NCBI GenBank assembly: GCA_964016885.1
Contig: OZ024743.1
Location: forward strand, 110,050,001-110,114,000
Reading direction: 5' to 3'
Origin: Eledone cirrhosa
Taxonomy: Eukaryota
DNA: 64,000 bases
Position 1 is the first letter of the stretch; every line of letters starts with the position of its first letter. A model generated the notes under the pieces. That model ran no database searches. It saw nothing but the letters and a program-made list of their open reading frames with translations, and was not told the origin of the DNA. The translations under genes and the position numbers were made by a program. This document shows positions 42,911 through 57,995 of this stretch, piece by piece.

Positions 42911-43722
42911 CAATCACATTCTTTTATTTGTTTGACCCGAATTACTTGGTCATTTCTATGGCTGCGCGGATAATGGTTAAACCATCGTCTCAGTGTGTTT
43001 GGCCTTTTAACGTATGTTGTAGCTCTGGTTCGTTAGAATCTATTGAGCGCTTGCCACACATCTCGGAAGTTGTTTTTCGCTAATTTCCAATAGCCGAAAT
43101 ACGATTCTCGCTAATTTATATTTTTATTAATCTCCAGAGTATTGACCAGTTAATGTTCTTGATTTTTTTTAGTTGATTCTATTGACTTATGAATAGCTTT
43201 TGTTAACTTTAAAACCATTCTGTTGAGAACTTAATTCGGTTTGTGATACTTTGCAATTTTGCAATATTACACACTGAATTGTTCCGCCAAAAATAAGGGT
43301 TGCCTCCCTTGCCGAGCCCCACGTGGGTATTGGTAACGGTCAATCCTTGGCCTGGCACTTGAACTAAAACCTGTTGAGAAAGTGACTTCCTTATTCAATC
43401 ATCTTACCAAAAGCTTAACATTACTTGTCTAAGCGGACAGTACTTGATTTAGGAGCCGCAGAAACCCAAATGCTGGATTTTACCAACCATCCAGGGGTCC
43501 GGGTAAATGTTACAATCACATTTTTTTATTTGTTTGACACGAATTACTTGGTCGTTTCTATGGATGTGCGGATAATGGTTTAACCATCGTCTCAGTGTGT
43601 TTGGCCTTTTAACGTATGTTGTAGCTGTGGTTCGTTAGAATCTATTGAGCGCTTGCCACACATCTCGGAAGTTGTTTTTCGTTCATTTCCAATAGCCGAA
43701 ATACGATTCTCGCTAATTTATG
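42911..43722. repeat. Partial tandem repeat, ~600-bp period
   Basis: 42911-43120 is repeated at 43513-43721. Confidence 0.9.
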
Positions 43723-43726
43723 TTTG

Positions 43727-43764
<38 letters not shown>

Positions 43765-44560
43765 CGTGTGTGTGCGCGTGTGTGTGTGTGCATGTGTGTG
43801 TGAGTGTGTGCGTGTGTGTGTGTCTGTGTGTGTGTGTGTATGCAAAGGATGGAGGAACTCAGTAAATTCAACGGCCATCCAAATAGTACTTTTTTTTCTT
43901 CTTTCACCTGCGAGTGAAAGGCCCCCAGTTGTTGTCACAACACCTTTAAAAGAGGGGAAACTCTGAAAAAGTGTTAGTGTTTTCGATGCTCAGAGAGTGG
44001 GATTGGTCGAGTGCAAGGAGTTTTCCCACTTAAAAAAACCCTTCAAAGAACAGGCATTGCCTGTTCAAGATGTATTGAAGTTTCGTGTGGCTGGTCGTAG
44101 CCTAAAAAGTGCACAATTTTCTGTTATCTGACAAGCGATTGCAATACGCTTAGCAAAGTTTGAAGCCTTGATGTATGTGTGTATAAATATACATCTATGT
44201 TGATATATATTTGTTTCGAAATCAAGTACATTTTAGACAACACTGGATTCATAAAATTGAAAATAATACACAAACAAGTACGTACAGAAGCTAACCCATT
44301 GAGGTATAAGAAATTTACTTCAGTAAGAACGTATCATATATGCCGATACTGTATCATATATGCAGATAATTATAGCATATAATTATAGCATACATAGATA
44401 TACATCAATGATATCTACATGTGTACAGCTACACATAAATGTGTATAATTCGAAGAGTATACACACAGGCACACAAACAAACACACATATACACATACAT
44501 ACACACATGCAGAAACACACAAACACACACGCACACAACCGCACATACACACTCTCGCAC

Positions 44561-44592
<32 letters not shown>

Positions 44593-44786
44593 CTGCACGT
44601 GTGTGTGTCTGTGTGTAAACGAAGGAAAGAACGTGCTCGATAACACAGTTGTATTTAATAGTATAATTTATTATGGTGAAACTGCAGTGTAGCCAGACTC
44701 ATCACGAAGACATAATAAATAATAGCAATTCTCACCCCTCCCCACTTCTTTATCTCACCCCTCCTCTTTATCTCTCTATCTCTCGT

Positions 44787-44830
<44 letters not shown>

Positions 44831-44859
44831 ACTCTCTCTCTCAGTCTCTCTCTCTCTCT

Positions 44860-44908
<49 letters not shown>

Positions 44909-45146
44909 ACTAGACATACATGCGTCTATATATATTATAGATAGATAAATATCTACATAATTGAGTGTGTGGGCATATCTGTATGTGGTTATGTTGTTTG
45001 TGTGTAACTTGTTTGTAAAAAAAGCATATATATATATGTAGACAGACACTTTGTACACTTAGTATTTGTTGATATTTATTCCAGTATCTATGAACGCAAT
45101 TAATATATATACATATGATATATATATGTAATATATATATATATAT

Positions 45147-45220
<74 letters not shown>

Positions 45221-45249
45221 TATACAGTATATATACGTAAATATATATA

Positions 45250-45314
<65 letters not shown>

Positions 45315-45834
45315 ATATATATATATATATATAAATATATATATATATATTTACATATACATATATATTTATATATATATATATATATATATTTGCGAGT
45401 ATGTACATATAATTGACCGCCAAAGACGTTGTCGAGTTGGTGGAGACATAGTACTAGGTAGTAGTAATAAAAATAACAGAGACTGTTAACAATAAAATGT
45501 AATCTTGTTTACCCATTTGATAATAAGAGATGATTTTAGGGGAAAAGTTTACACTAGAGATACACATCGAAACACACAGCAACACACTCATCTCATTACG
45601 AACTTACATACACACCACACACGCGTGCACACACACATATGCACGAACCTATATATATATATATATACTTGTAATTGTTGAAAGATATATACACTCGCTT
45701 ATAATGTAAAGATACAGCTAGCTCTACCAGAGTAATCTTACAAAGTTCATCATATTTCATTTAAAGACGAAAACTGCATTAACATCCTATCAGCAAAAGT
45801 ATTCTAGATTTATAAATAACATTGTAATCTTTCG

Positions 45835-46004
<170 letters not shown>

Positions 46005-46695
46005 GTGTGTGCGTGAGTGTGTGTGTGTGTGTATGTGCTTGTGTGTGAGTGTGGGTGTGTGTGCGTGTGTGTGTATATATATATATAAATAGTGGCTGCC
46101 AACTCGTTTTCGAGTACGGCCACTACTTTATATCCATGTAGGAGAAATCCTACCGATGTGCTGATCGAGTGTGACTTTTTAGTCCAGCCAGCGACTTGAA
46201 AACTCGGGTACAAACACTACACTTGTGACAATTATTGACACATAGTGCTGGGCCCTTGGTACCATGTGACGACAAATGAAGAGAGATCTCCAGATATAAA
46301 GCAATGCCTATGCCGTGAAGCTTTTATAGTGAGCAAAGGCACTGCACAAAGCCAGTCCCACTCTCTTAACCAAGATGATATTTACCAAATAGAAGAACAA
46401 TTCAACATCATTGGATACCATCAGAGTTGCAGGTGTTATATCTGAGTTTTCCTTCTCCTAGAATTCTGCCTTGACAAAGGCTAAGGGGTCATCTCTCCCA
46501 ATGATTTTGGATGGCCATTGACTTTAAAGAGCTCCTTTGCCCTTTAACAGGTTTTGTTTTTAGTCCTGCAGGATGTCCAAAGTCACCCTCCTCACCAAGA
46601 AACCTAGGTGGGGTTGCCAGTTTAGTCGCCAATGACCAGACCATGGGACAGGTTGTAGTGGAATACATGTTACCAGTAGCACCAACTGGTGACCT

Positions 46696-46834
<139 letters not shown>

Positions 46835-46918
46835 GTATATACACTCATACACGCTCAAACACACGCACACATATACACATACACACATACGCACACACAC
46901 ACACACAACACACATACA

Positions 46919-46948
<30 letters not shown>

Positions 46949-46953
<5 letters not shown>

Positions 46954-47321
46954 GAACAAGTATGGCCCCGACGGCAGAGCTCAAGCCGTTTCTACGGCTA
47001 ATTCTCCAGAATTAGCCGTCGAAACGGCTTAAGCTCTGCCGTCGAGGTCATACTTGTTCCTATTACCCACTCTACTACCTAAAGTATCGATCGAGTAATC
47101 TGGTTTGGTATGGTCTACCTCATTTTTATCAGACTAGTTTTTAATTCTTGTTTTAACTCCACACTCTTCCTGCTATTTCAAGTCTTAACTTAATATATTC
47201 CTTCCATATACTGTACCGATTGTGTTTAACTTTACACACAACCACACACACACACACACACACATACACACACACACACACACATACACACACACACACA
47301 CACACACATACATCCCCCCCC

Positions 47322-47389
<68 letters not shown>

Positions 47390-48070
47390 ACAAAGGAATT
47401 GTGGTAAGGAACCAGATGGACCATAACGCGCCAGAGTACTCAATATTTAGGGTAGTAGAGTGGAAAATAGGTAAAAAGTATGACCCCGACGGCAGTTCTA
47501 AAGCCGTTTCGACGGCTATTTCTGGACCGCATCGTGCGTGTGAAGAAACTTGAGCTGCGTAGAAAAGTCGGGATATGGCGTAGTAGAGTCGGAAAGTGGT
47601 CTACTACAGAGATAGGAGCTAAATAACAAAGGAATTGTGGCAAGGAACCAGATGGACCATAACGGACCAGAGTACTCAATTCTTAGTGTAGTAGAGTGGG
47701 AAATAGGAAAGAAGTATGACCCCGACGGCAGTTCTCAAGCCGTTTCGACGGCTATTTCTGGACCGCATCGTGCGGGTGAAGAAACTTGAGCTGGGTGGAA
47801 AAATCGGGATATGGCGTGGTAGATTCGGAACGTGGTCTACTACAGAGATAGAAGTTAAATAACAAACGAATTGTGGTAAGGAACCAGATGGACAATAACG
47901 CACCAGAGTATTCAATAGTTATGGTATTAGAGTAGGAAATAGCAAAAATTATGACCCAGACGGCAGAGCTCAAGCCGTTTCGACGGCTATTTCTGCACAA
48001 AGAAATAGCTGTCCAGAAATACCCGTCGAAACTGCTTGAGCTCTGCCGTCGGGGTCATACTGTTTCCTAT
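46949..48070. repeat. 236-bp tandem array (47385-47995) with hairpin-forming inverted ends at 46949-47062 and 47950-48068
   Basis: Recurrent GTATGACCCCGACGGCAG..CAAGCCGTTTCGACGGCTA in both orientations. Confidence 0.9.
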
Positions 48071-49739
48071 ATATATATATTAGACAGAAACAACACAGCA
48101 GACAATACAATACCGTAAAAATATAAATTAGAAGAACGCTTGATATTTTGGGAAAAGTGTCTTTAAGTTTCTGACACTTGTCTTTTTTCCGATGATCGAA
48201 TGAGAAATAAAATATGAAATAGAAACACAACGATAGAGAAAAGGAAGTAACTGAAGCAAAAAGCGTTTTTACCAATTTGGGGGAAAACATACCGCATCCC
48301 CTCTCAACCGCAATCTAGTAAACAAAATATTACATGCAATGTTTCCTAAAGATGCAATCGATGCACACTAACAACTAGACATAGAAGGTGGCTCTTTTTT
48401 TGAAAGGTAGCATTCAGGAGCCATTATGCCAGATTTACGTTGAAGCATCCGTTTTTCAGCATGCTAGATGTGGAATTATGACGCATGAATTTTCACCTAG
48501 ACAAATTTGAACTTATATATTTCGCTGCTGGAAATAGATGGTATTTATATCGGTATCAACATGGAAACGATCCAACAACTCAGTTATAAGAGGTGTAGGA
48601 ATGCTTGTCAGGCAGCGCCATTGAAGAATATCAAGCGAACATAACCAAGAATGAGGATAATGACATTTAAAGATAATGCTCGTATCAGAATCATTCACTA
48701 AAAGTATTTGATGAAAAATATGTTGTCATATTCTATCATGATTTATCATCACTTTTATGCCACTTCCTAAAATACAATGTTTTGATGATTGAGTGAGATA
48801 TGTAATATGTATACCGACACTCATTAAGCGACTCGAAAGGAAACTTGATGAAACGTATAGATGAATGCTTAGAACGAATTTAAATATATACTTGATGCAG
48901 CATTCTACTAAAAAAATAACTTTAAGTTCATCTACCTGCAATATTTTATTCATTTCAAGAGAAAGAATCAAAATATGTGGAAGCATACTGGAGAAGAAAT
49001 GAAGACATGTTCAAACTGGATAGCCATTTTAAACATGTTAGAACAGCTCCACTTTTCAAGACTGATTTTTTCCAGAGAAATAAATTGTGAGTAATAGGGA
49101 TGAAGATAGGGGGATATATATAGGGAATGATTCGACCCAAGTTTTCTTTAGTCAACCTATAACTGAAGAAACGTAAATGTGTCCTCGGTGTCTTTTGTAC
49201 CGAAAATACAGAAAACCCAAGCGATTAAAACAAATCATTCTATCCGTCGTTCTAAAGAGTCTGCTAATTTCACACTTTCCTTTACATATTCATACAAATA
49301 CACTACTCCTGTCTTTTATGGTTAAATAGTTTTAATTCTACCTTGGCTAGGTAATACATTGTTCATAAAAGTAGATTTTAAATTTTGAATGTGGTTTCTA
49401 ATTATCACCGTGTAACATATTTTTTGTTCCCGGTTCTAAGTGTCATTTACTGGTTTGTTATATCCCATTATTATAAAAAAAACACTATTATTCAATCAGA
49501 AATTTTGGTTTGTGGGCAGGAGTTTGATATTTCGAAATTTTCCTATTTTTTAAGAAAAAACACATTTTCTTTTTAAATTTATCAGTTCATATACTTCAAT
49601 CAAGAGAGTATATATTTATTTTATTACACAAGCTTATCAAAAGCAAACAAGTAAAAACAAATAACACATATAAAGCAAGTTGTACACGTCAGAAATGACT
49701 GGATTTCCTGGATTTCCGGTTGTAGTCCAGGTCGCATTC

Positions 49740-50800
49740 CCCCACTAGCACCCAGATATATTCCCACATCATTTTTTCATTGTAGTGGCTCTGCACCTCC
49801 GCTCTATCTTTTTCACATCTTGGTGGAATCGTTCACCTTGTTCTTCTGAGTAGGCGCCCATATTGTCCTTGAATTCTTCCAGGTGAGCGTCCAGCATATG
49901 GAGTTTAAGCGACATCCTGCATCCCATGGCGCCAAAAGACTTTATCAGATCCTGCCCCAGTTTTCAGCTCTGTAGTTGACCAGGAAGACCTTAACAACTG
50001 CCTTGAAACAGTTACATGCTGTTCTCTCAATCCTATTGATCTTATTGGAGAACTCGGTAGACTCAAAAAACTTCTTTATCTGAGGTCCAACAAAAATTCC
50101 ACCTTTGATTTTGGCCTCAGATAAATTGGGGAAGAACTCAAGTAGGTACTTAAAAGTGACTGATTCTTAAAGTGCAGTGGCGGCATGAGCGCAATCCTGG
50201 GATCAGCCAGTGGCTCCCACATGACTTTCCGGGTCCCAAATACAAATTCTGTTCGCTGCTCCCAGTTATTTCTTTTGTAGTGGTCAGATGTGTCTCTGCT
50301 GTCCCAAATGCAGAGGAAGCATTGGAATTTGATAAAGCATCCTTGGAGTCCAAGTGGGAAATCCACCATCTTGAAGTCTCCAATGATTTCCCAATTGTAC
50401 TGGTTCTATTGCAGAGCTTCCAAGAGCAATTTCACACTGTAACAATCTTCCTTCAGGCAGACTAAATGAGCTAGGGGACAGTGTCGGGAACTTGTTTCCC
50501 TTGTGGAGGAGGACAGCCTTCAAACTTGTGGTGGAGCTGTCTATAAATAGCCGCCCTCCTTGGGCACAAATAGCACCCCTATAACATCAAACAGTCATGG
50601 CAGAAGCAGAAGCCATCCTTCAGAGTGTAAAAGCCTGAGAAAGGTTCGTGTCGACTTCTCTGACTTGTCACCTGCACTTCCTCCTTGACCAAGTTCCACT
50701 GTTTCATCCTGGAGACGAATAGCTCTGCATTGGACTTGGTCAGACCCATATCCCTGACCAAGTCATTGACTTATTTTTTGTTTGGGAAGTGAGGAACTTT
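49740..50800 (-). mobile_element. Decayed DNA-transposon transposase, Chapaev3-like (CMC group)
   Basis: Fragments VRDMGLTKSNAEL, RLFIDSS..SLKAVLLH, CFLCIWDSR, PPLH, SEAKIKGGIFVGPQI, SEEQGERFHQD; family name assigned from recalled motifs. Confidence 0.75.
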
Positions 50801-51646
50801 TTTCTGGTACTCCAGTATCAATAAATCTCTTTAATCCACTTTTTAACAATGTTATACTTTATTGCACTTTTATAATTTTCTTTAGGTATTACTCTTTATT
50901 TTACAATTTTAATTTAACCTGAAACATATATAAAAAAAATCATTTAACATAAGCAAATTAAAATTACATACATCGTAAAATCAAGCATACAGAATATTCT
51001 AGTGAATAGCTTAGAATGTTTACAAACCCATACTTTTAACTGTTTAATATTTGCCTCACGAAAAAGTCATTTTATCATCCTTCTAGTGATAATAGCAAAG
51101 GCTATCCGATATTACTCACTCACTATATCGTAATCCGATATGCATTAGAATCTCGGGGTGGGACATAGATAGTATGCATTTAAATATATGTGTACGCAAA
51201 CAAATTATGCTAAACAACAACGTGTAAAGAGTGACTCAATTCATTTCCGTTCCTCTAACTGCGGATAAACTTTCCTTTTCATAATGGATTTTTTCGAAGT
51301 TCCTTAACATTACATGTTTTTGCCATTCCTGCATATGTTGATGCTGAAAAATAACACCTGTTTTAGAAGGTCTGTTTCGTCAAGCCTTTCCAAACTATTA
51401 ATTTTAACATTGTAGTTGTGAATTGCATAAACTATTTTTTTTTTTTATTACAGTATAGCACTCGATTCATTAATAATCTATTCATTCCCATCATGTTCAG
51501 TTCTTAAATTAGAAAAAAGAAATAAATAATATGTATTTTGTACACGAGATATTATAATCCAATATTTCAATAAACATCAACACACAGGAACATGCATATG
51601 AATCTTAGCAGAATCAAACACACACATATATACATACAATATATAT

Positions 51647-51742
<96 letters not shown>

Positions 51743-51878
51743 TAGAAAGTGAAGTTATTTTTACAAAATGAAAAATAACCGAGGTGTCCTACACGAATGA
51801 AAGTATAAAGAAAAAAAGATGAAATCGAAAATGCAACTGGAGTCTTATTTAAAGAAAATATATATATTTATTTGGTTC

Positions 51879-51914
51879 CTTTACCGGTTTCGCAGTTCTT
51901 CTGCTTTTCAAAAG
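51879..51914 (-). ncRNA. Type I hammerhead ribozyme with U3-A8 core
   Basis: ctt TTGAAAA gcag-aagaa-ctgc GAAA ccgg TA aag; palindromic stem III ACCGGT. Confidence 0.72.
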
Positions 51915-52059
51915 TATAGTTGAGATGGAGGGTCTGTTGTTTTGTTTCACATCACAGATGTGCAGTGGCGGCATGAGCACAATCCTGGGATCAGCCAGTG
52001 ACTCCCACAAGATGTTTCGGGTCCTAACTACAAATTCTATATATATATATATATTTACT

Positions 52060-52545
52060 GGAGTAATTCTTCCCAGTTTCTATCCAGCTCCATCGTCACG
52101 GCCCTGGTTCGGTTTCATGAGGCCGAAGGATGTGCTGACAACATCTGTATGAGCCCCCTGTTTTGGTTTTTGATCAGTAGCTTCGGCACCATTTTACCGC
52201 AGATTTACCGCATGCTCAAATGTTCGGTGATAATCTTCCAAGCGTTGTCTTGGTTTATTCACAGCTCACTTGCGATAGTCGAACAGTCGGTCGACGATCG
52301 CCACTCACCAACTGCCTAACGCGCTCAACTTTGGACTCAAATCTGTTTGTTGAATGACATACGCTCTCACGATCGTATTCCCTGTCCTCTCATCCCTTTT
52401 TTAATCGTTTGTTCCAATTAAAAATCCACGAGTGCGACATTGTCTCATCTCCGTACACTTGCTGCAGTATTCCGAGTGCTTCTGATGGAGTGTTTCAAAG
52501 TCTAACTTGAAACATTAGGCTAATTCGCTGCCCTGTGCCCATCGG
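52060..52545 (-). mobile_element. Mariner/Tc1 transposase N-terminal remnant
   Basis: Minus strand gives SEALGILQQVYGDETMS..WIFNW (HTH), DRRPTVR, and KIITEHLSMR*ICGKMVPKLL (WVPHEL-like). Confidence 0.78.
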
Positions 52546-52802
52546 TCGATAGCCTCAAATGGAGGAGCTGTGAAGAAAAGCAGGAGAGAAAATATACAAT
52601 TTCTACAGAGAGGCGTGATCGCTCTTATAAACTCCTCGGATATTACGTCATAACGTGATGCAACCCACTAATCCTTACCCCACATATAACGTGCACATGA
52701 AACCACGTATGTTGCTGGGGATAGGCATGTACATGGATGTGAGTTTTCTTCGCATTCAACAGGTTTTATATTTACATATACATACATATATACATATATA
52801 TA

Positions 52803-52844
<42 letters not shown>

Positions 52845-52852
<8 letters not shown>

Positions 52853-53348
52853 TAAACGGAATAGAAAATGCTGACAAATTGTTCACAGTTGAAAAATGGT
52901 TTAATTAGGAATAAAAGAGTATTAGTGATTGTATGGGTTAGTATTCAGTTGTGGTTTTAAGTTTTTAAGTTTTTACCGGTTGCGCATTTCTAAATGCTTT
53001 TCAAAAATAACTTTGAGATAGAGTGTCCGTGCTGTTTGCTCTGATCTGATTAGTTTTGGGAATTCTACCTGTTTTTATGTTAAAAAAGTGGCTCCAGCGT
53101 TAATTTTGTGTTGCAAAAATGCTTGTGGTCAAAATAATTTTGATTGGTCGGTAGAGGTCATGTGAATGTAAAAAGTTGATTTTGCGCCAAGACTGTTTTT
53201 ATGTTAAAATGTTAAACAAGTGGCTCCTGCAAAAATTATTGGTCAAAACAATTTTGATTGGTCAGTAGAGGTCATGTGGATAAAAAATTGGTTTTGCGCC
53301 AAGATTGAGAAATGACTCTTTCACAACAAATATGTGTGTGTGTGTGTG

Positions 53349-53413
<65 letters not shown>

Positions 53414-53837
53414 GTGTGTGTGTGTATATAGAGTAATGTAAATATTATGTGAGGTAGCAACGATGTGTGTCAAATGGCTATTAAGATAAGTGTGTGTGTG
53501 TGTGTGCGTGTGTGTGTGTGTGTGTGTGTGCATATATACAGCAGAGTCATTCGAAGGTCAAAAGATATTTTTCAGCTTTTGTCTTATACGGAGAAGTGCG
53601 TGTGTGTGTGTGTGTGTGTATAAGTCTCTTTGTATGTTGATGTACGCGTGTGTATGTGTTTGTGTATATATGTGTGTGTGTGTGGGTGGACCAGTATTTT
53701 TTTCCCCCTGGTAAAATGGTGTACATTATTCGATTTTTTCAGTAAAATCGGTTCTCTTAATAGAACATCAAAAATCTTAACAATAAAAGGTGTGAAATGA
53801 TATTCACTATATATATATACACACACACACACACTCT

Positions 53838-53876
<39 letters not shown>

Positions 53877-53890
53877 CATATATATGCACA

Positions 53891-53924
<34 letters not shown>

Positions 53925-54212
53925 TAGACCACAAGCATTTTTGCAACACAAAAATAACGCTGGAGCCACTTTTTTAACATAAAAACAGGTAGAATTCCCA
54001 ACACTAATCAGATCAGAGCAAACAGCACGGTCACTCTATCTCAAACTTATTTTTGAAAAGCATTTAGAAATGCGCAACCGGGAAAAACTTAAAATCTTAA
54101 AACCACAACTGAATACTAACCCATACAATCACTAATACTCTTTTATTCCTAATTAAATCATTTTTCAACTGTGAACAATTTGTCAGCATTTTCTATTCCG
54201 TTTACCAATATA
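52845..54212. repeat. Inverted repeat pair (~285-bp arms) with degenerate U3-A8 hammerheads
   Basis: 52845-53130 is the reverse complement of 53927-54212; motif TTGAAAA gcatt-taga-aatgc GCAA ccgg. Confidence 0.9.
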
Positions 54213-54243
54213 TAATAACTTGTGTGTTACACCTCTATTCTTT

Positions 54244-54312
<69 letters not shown>

Positions 54313-54761
54313 TAGAAGAGGTACCCGGCTTCGCACAGGAGAACAGTTAAGAGAAGACGTGTAAACGAGAAAACGATTGTATTGGACGGTATGAGGTGAG
54401 ACCGTAATGTTTATGTGAGAGAGAGAGAGAGAGTGAGGGGGAGATGAAGAGAGAGAGAGATAGTAATGGAGAAAGAGTGAACACAATAATGAAACTTCCT
54501 TATTAGGTTGGTGGAGTAAACTGCCGATTAAATGGTAGCCTCTTGGATTTTAAATGTTGCGAAATAACCATAGTCAGAGCAATGTTTATCTTTGTTAGTA
54601 TTCAGTAAGCAATATATGAATATTTTTTCTTCGTTGTAACGAGCCACCTATTCTTCACAGTAATTTCAGGTAAATCATTGGAACTGCAGGTGGTCTGAAA
54701 TATGATGAGCATAATTTAATGTTTGTGATCTCTTCTCATCCATCCTCTTTCTCTCCTCGTA

Positions 54762-54946
54762 TTGGATTGGCAGTATCGGTAGAGGGTCGGACGCAATGCT
54801 TTCCAGCATAGTTACGTCCCTTTACGATCTGAGTTCAAATCCCGCCGAGGTTGACTTTGCCTTTCATCCTTACGGGGTCGATAAAATAAAGTACCAGTAA
54901 TGCACTGTGTAATTGCTGGCCTTGTGCCTAAAGTAGAAACAATTAT
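54762..54946 (+). mobile_element. SINE family 1, full copy
   Basis: A-box, B-box, core and tail all present. Confidence 0.88.
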
Positions 54947-55108
54947 TTCTTCGTTTCTCCTCAGTCAAATCACATCGAGCTGCTTCTTTATGTCCTTCGG
55001 GGTAGTGTTTTACCGAACGCCTCTTGGACGGCATTTTACTGTTTTACAAGCATTCTTGCTCCGACCTTTTCCAATGTTCTACGAATATATATATATATAT
55101 ATATATAT

Positions 55109-55568
55109 AAGCTATCGCCGTATTTTGACTAAAGAAATTATTTAGCCTGATAGTGGGGTTAAGAACCCTCGGAGAAATGGAAAAAAATGAGTATTGACGT
55201 ACATGGGAGTTGAACCCACATCTTTGGTTATCTGGACCACTGTGATACCATTTACACCAACACATCACCCGTCTCTTTCCATTCAAATTAGAAGCTATAA
55301 ACTTAGTGACTGTAATGTCAAGTAAGAATATTTTCAAAACAGCGAGTGGGTTTGACATTATTAGAAATGCAAGCTATCGCCGTATTTTGACTACACAGTG
55401 GTCTGGATAACCAAAGATGTGGGTTCGACTCACATGTACGTCAATAATCATCTTTTTCCATTTCACCGAGGGTTCTTAACCCCACTATCAGGCTAAATAA
55501 TATCTTTAATTTATTTAGTAAAAATACGGCGATAGCTTACCTTTCTAATAATATATTATTAGAAAGGT
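55109..55568. repeat. Inverted pair of the tRNA-module repeat
   Basis: Minus copy 55109-55300, plus copy 55393-55555; homologous to 41167-41527. Confidence 0.8.
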
Positions 55569-56459
55569 ATATATATATATATTTATATGAGTGTTAGAGC
55601 GGCTGTTTTAGTATAGCTTACACAATACTAAACCCGAAGAAGGAAACAAATATTGGTTATCCAGCAGGATAGGGAAACATAATTGCACTCACACAAGGCA
55701 TATACATGCACACACATACATTGCAGGCGTTACACACATTTAAGTATCAGTTTGAATACACATGATCATTATAGTATATTGTTCCTTTATTCAGGCGAAT
55801 ACGTTTCCATAATAAAAAAAAAAAGACGTCATTTTTCGACTGCCGTAAAGGCTTGTTCTTTAGTGAGGACTACTGTAATTTAGACGAGACGTCTATGAAA
55901 TCGCCTCTCCCAAATGTCAACAGGTTGAAATGATTAAGATATGTCACTATGCGACCTCTCAGCTTACCCATCTATGAAAGAATCTAAAAGATATTTAAAT
56001 ATATGTAATTAGTATGTGTTCTGAGGCACGAGCATATCATTGTGTATTTAAAAACCCTAAAGGGCACGGGGAGCAGACAGTACTTGGATTTCACTAATTC
56101 ACCTCCAAGATAACCTGAAGCCAAATATCTCAGCGTATTTACGGATATGTATTGTTTATATATATATTTTAAAACTTTTACTTGCTTGTGTTCATACGAT
56201 GGTTGGTGTATGTTATGCTAAACCTTTCGTAAGCTTACATTTTTTCTATGAATTCAATGAATGAAGGACAAATGTTTGATTGAATAGGATGTAGGTATAT
56301 CAATGAAAAATGTAGGGGAGAACTTATAGACATTTCTCAGTTAAATAAGAGAAGAAAAAAATTGAGTTAGCTGGCAGCTACGATGCAGCGCTGCGTGCAT
56401 TTCGAAATGCCAACCCATGACTCATATCATGTGATATGAGTTAAGTTGTTTTGGGAACA

Positions 56460-56505
<46 letters not shown>

Positions 56506-57209
56506 GGTGGGTGTGTGTGTGTATGTGTGTATGTGTGCGTGTGTGGGTGTGCGTGTATGTGTATGTGTGTGTGTGTGCGCGTGTGTGTGCGAGTGCGTGT
56601 GTACATTTTTAAGAAGATATAGGGAGCTAAGGGGTAGAAAATAACTTCCATTAAAGTCAGTTGCTATAGTATAGCTTATAGAAATCGGGTAAAACCACCT
56701 AGTGATGGAAAAACGTGGCAACTACTACTACGAAGTATTGAACTGCGTATCTCCCAGATACTGTCGATGAGCCCTGTCCATTAAACTATGGGGCCAATGA
56801 CAAAATATTACCGTGTCAATAAAGATCTGAATAAAACGGATTTTGGAAAACACAAACAAACGTTGTTAGAGTACCAAGCCGGTATCTGGTATATATATAT
56901 ATATGTGTGTGTCTGCGTATGCGTATGTGCGTGTGTGTGTGTGCGTATGTGTCTTTGTCTTTGCGTGTGTGTTCGTATGTGTATGTGTCTTTGCGTGTGT
57001 GTGCGTATGTGTATGTGTCTTTGTCTTTGTGTGTGTGACTCTGCAGTGCACATAGCAGGAACGCCAGAAAACTGTCCTCGGTGTATCGTGAGTTGTGGGG
57101 TGGGTATACTAATGGGTTAGAAGTCTTTGAGGGAGTTCGGGAGGTTACGAGCTGTAACCTCCCGAACTCCCGTTACAACTCGTAACCTCTCCATGTTTCT
57201 TCAAGGTTC

Positions 57210-57261
<52 letters not shown>

Positions 57262-57903
57262 GCGTCACCCTGACTTTTATTTGCCCTAAAATGACACAGG
57301 TACGCGTCTTTTGAACAAGTTTATAGTTTTAGCGATAAATGGTCTCCCTAAGGAGGATTAAACGCTATAGTTAATTGATAGAGTTCGGGGGTTATTCATA
57401 AACATGTTCCTTGAAAGGAGTAGATGTCAATCAATAACCACGTCCTAGGAACAACAGGGAACATATTAATCTCAATTGTGGAATGTAACATTGAGATAAT
57501 TTGAAAATTGTCACGCATACACACCTATAATGAAGCATGCGTATACATACACACACACTATACTTCAACATGAATGATTCAATTTTTTTCTCTTATAGTC
57601 TGGATATCAAACATAAGTCGATAGTTTCTTTGAAAGAGATATTATTACAGCACTCAATAGCATATGATTATATGAACTATACAACATTTATTCGATTTAG
57701 ACATCAACTGATTACTTAAGCATATTACCTAAATAAATTAGTTCTAGTACCTCAAATATATTATAAGCAGACATATCTTCCATTCATAAAAGACGCTCGT
57801 ACACACACAAACAGGATAAATAGATAGAGGGAGAGAACGAAAGATAGATACAGAGAGTGAGAAATAGACACCCCCTGCACACACACACACACAACCACAC
57901 ACA

Positions 57904-57987
<84 letters not shown>

Positions 57988-57995
<8 letters not shown>

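Noticed and set aside
47385-47995. Regularly spaced repeats suggestive of CRISPR
   Set aside because: Whole units are repeated with no unique spacers; eukaryotic context and no cas genes.
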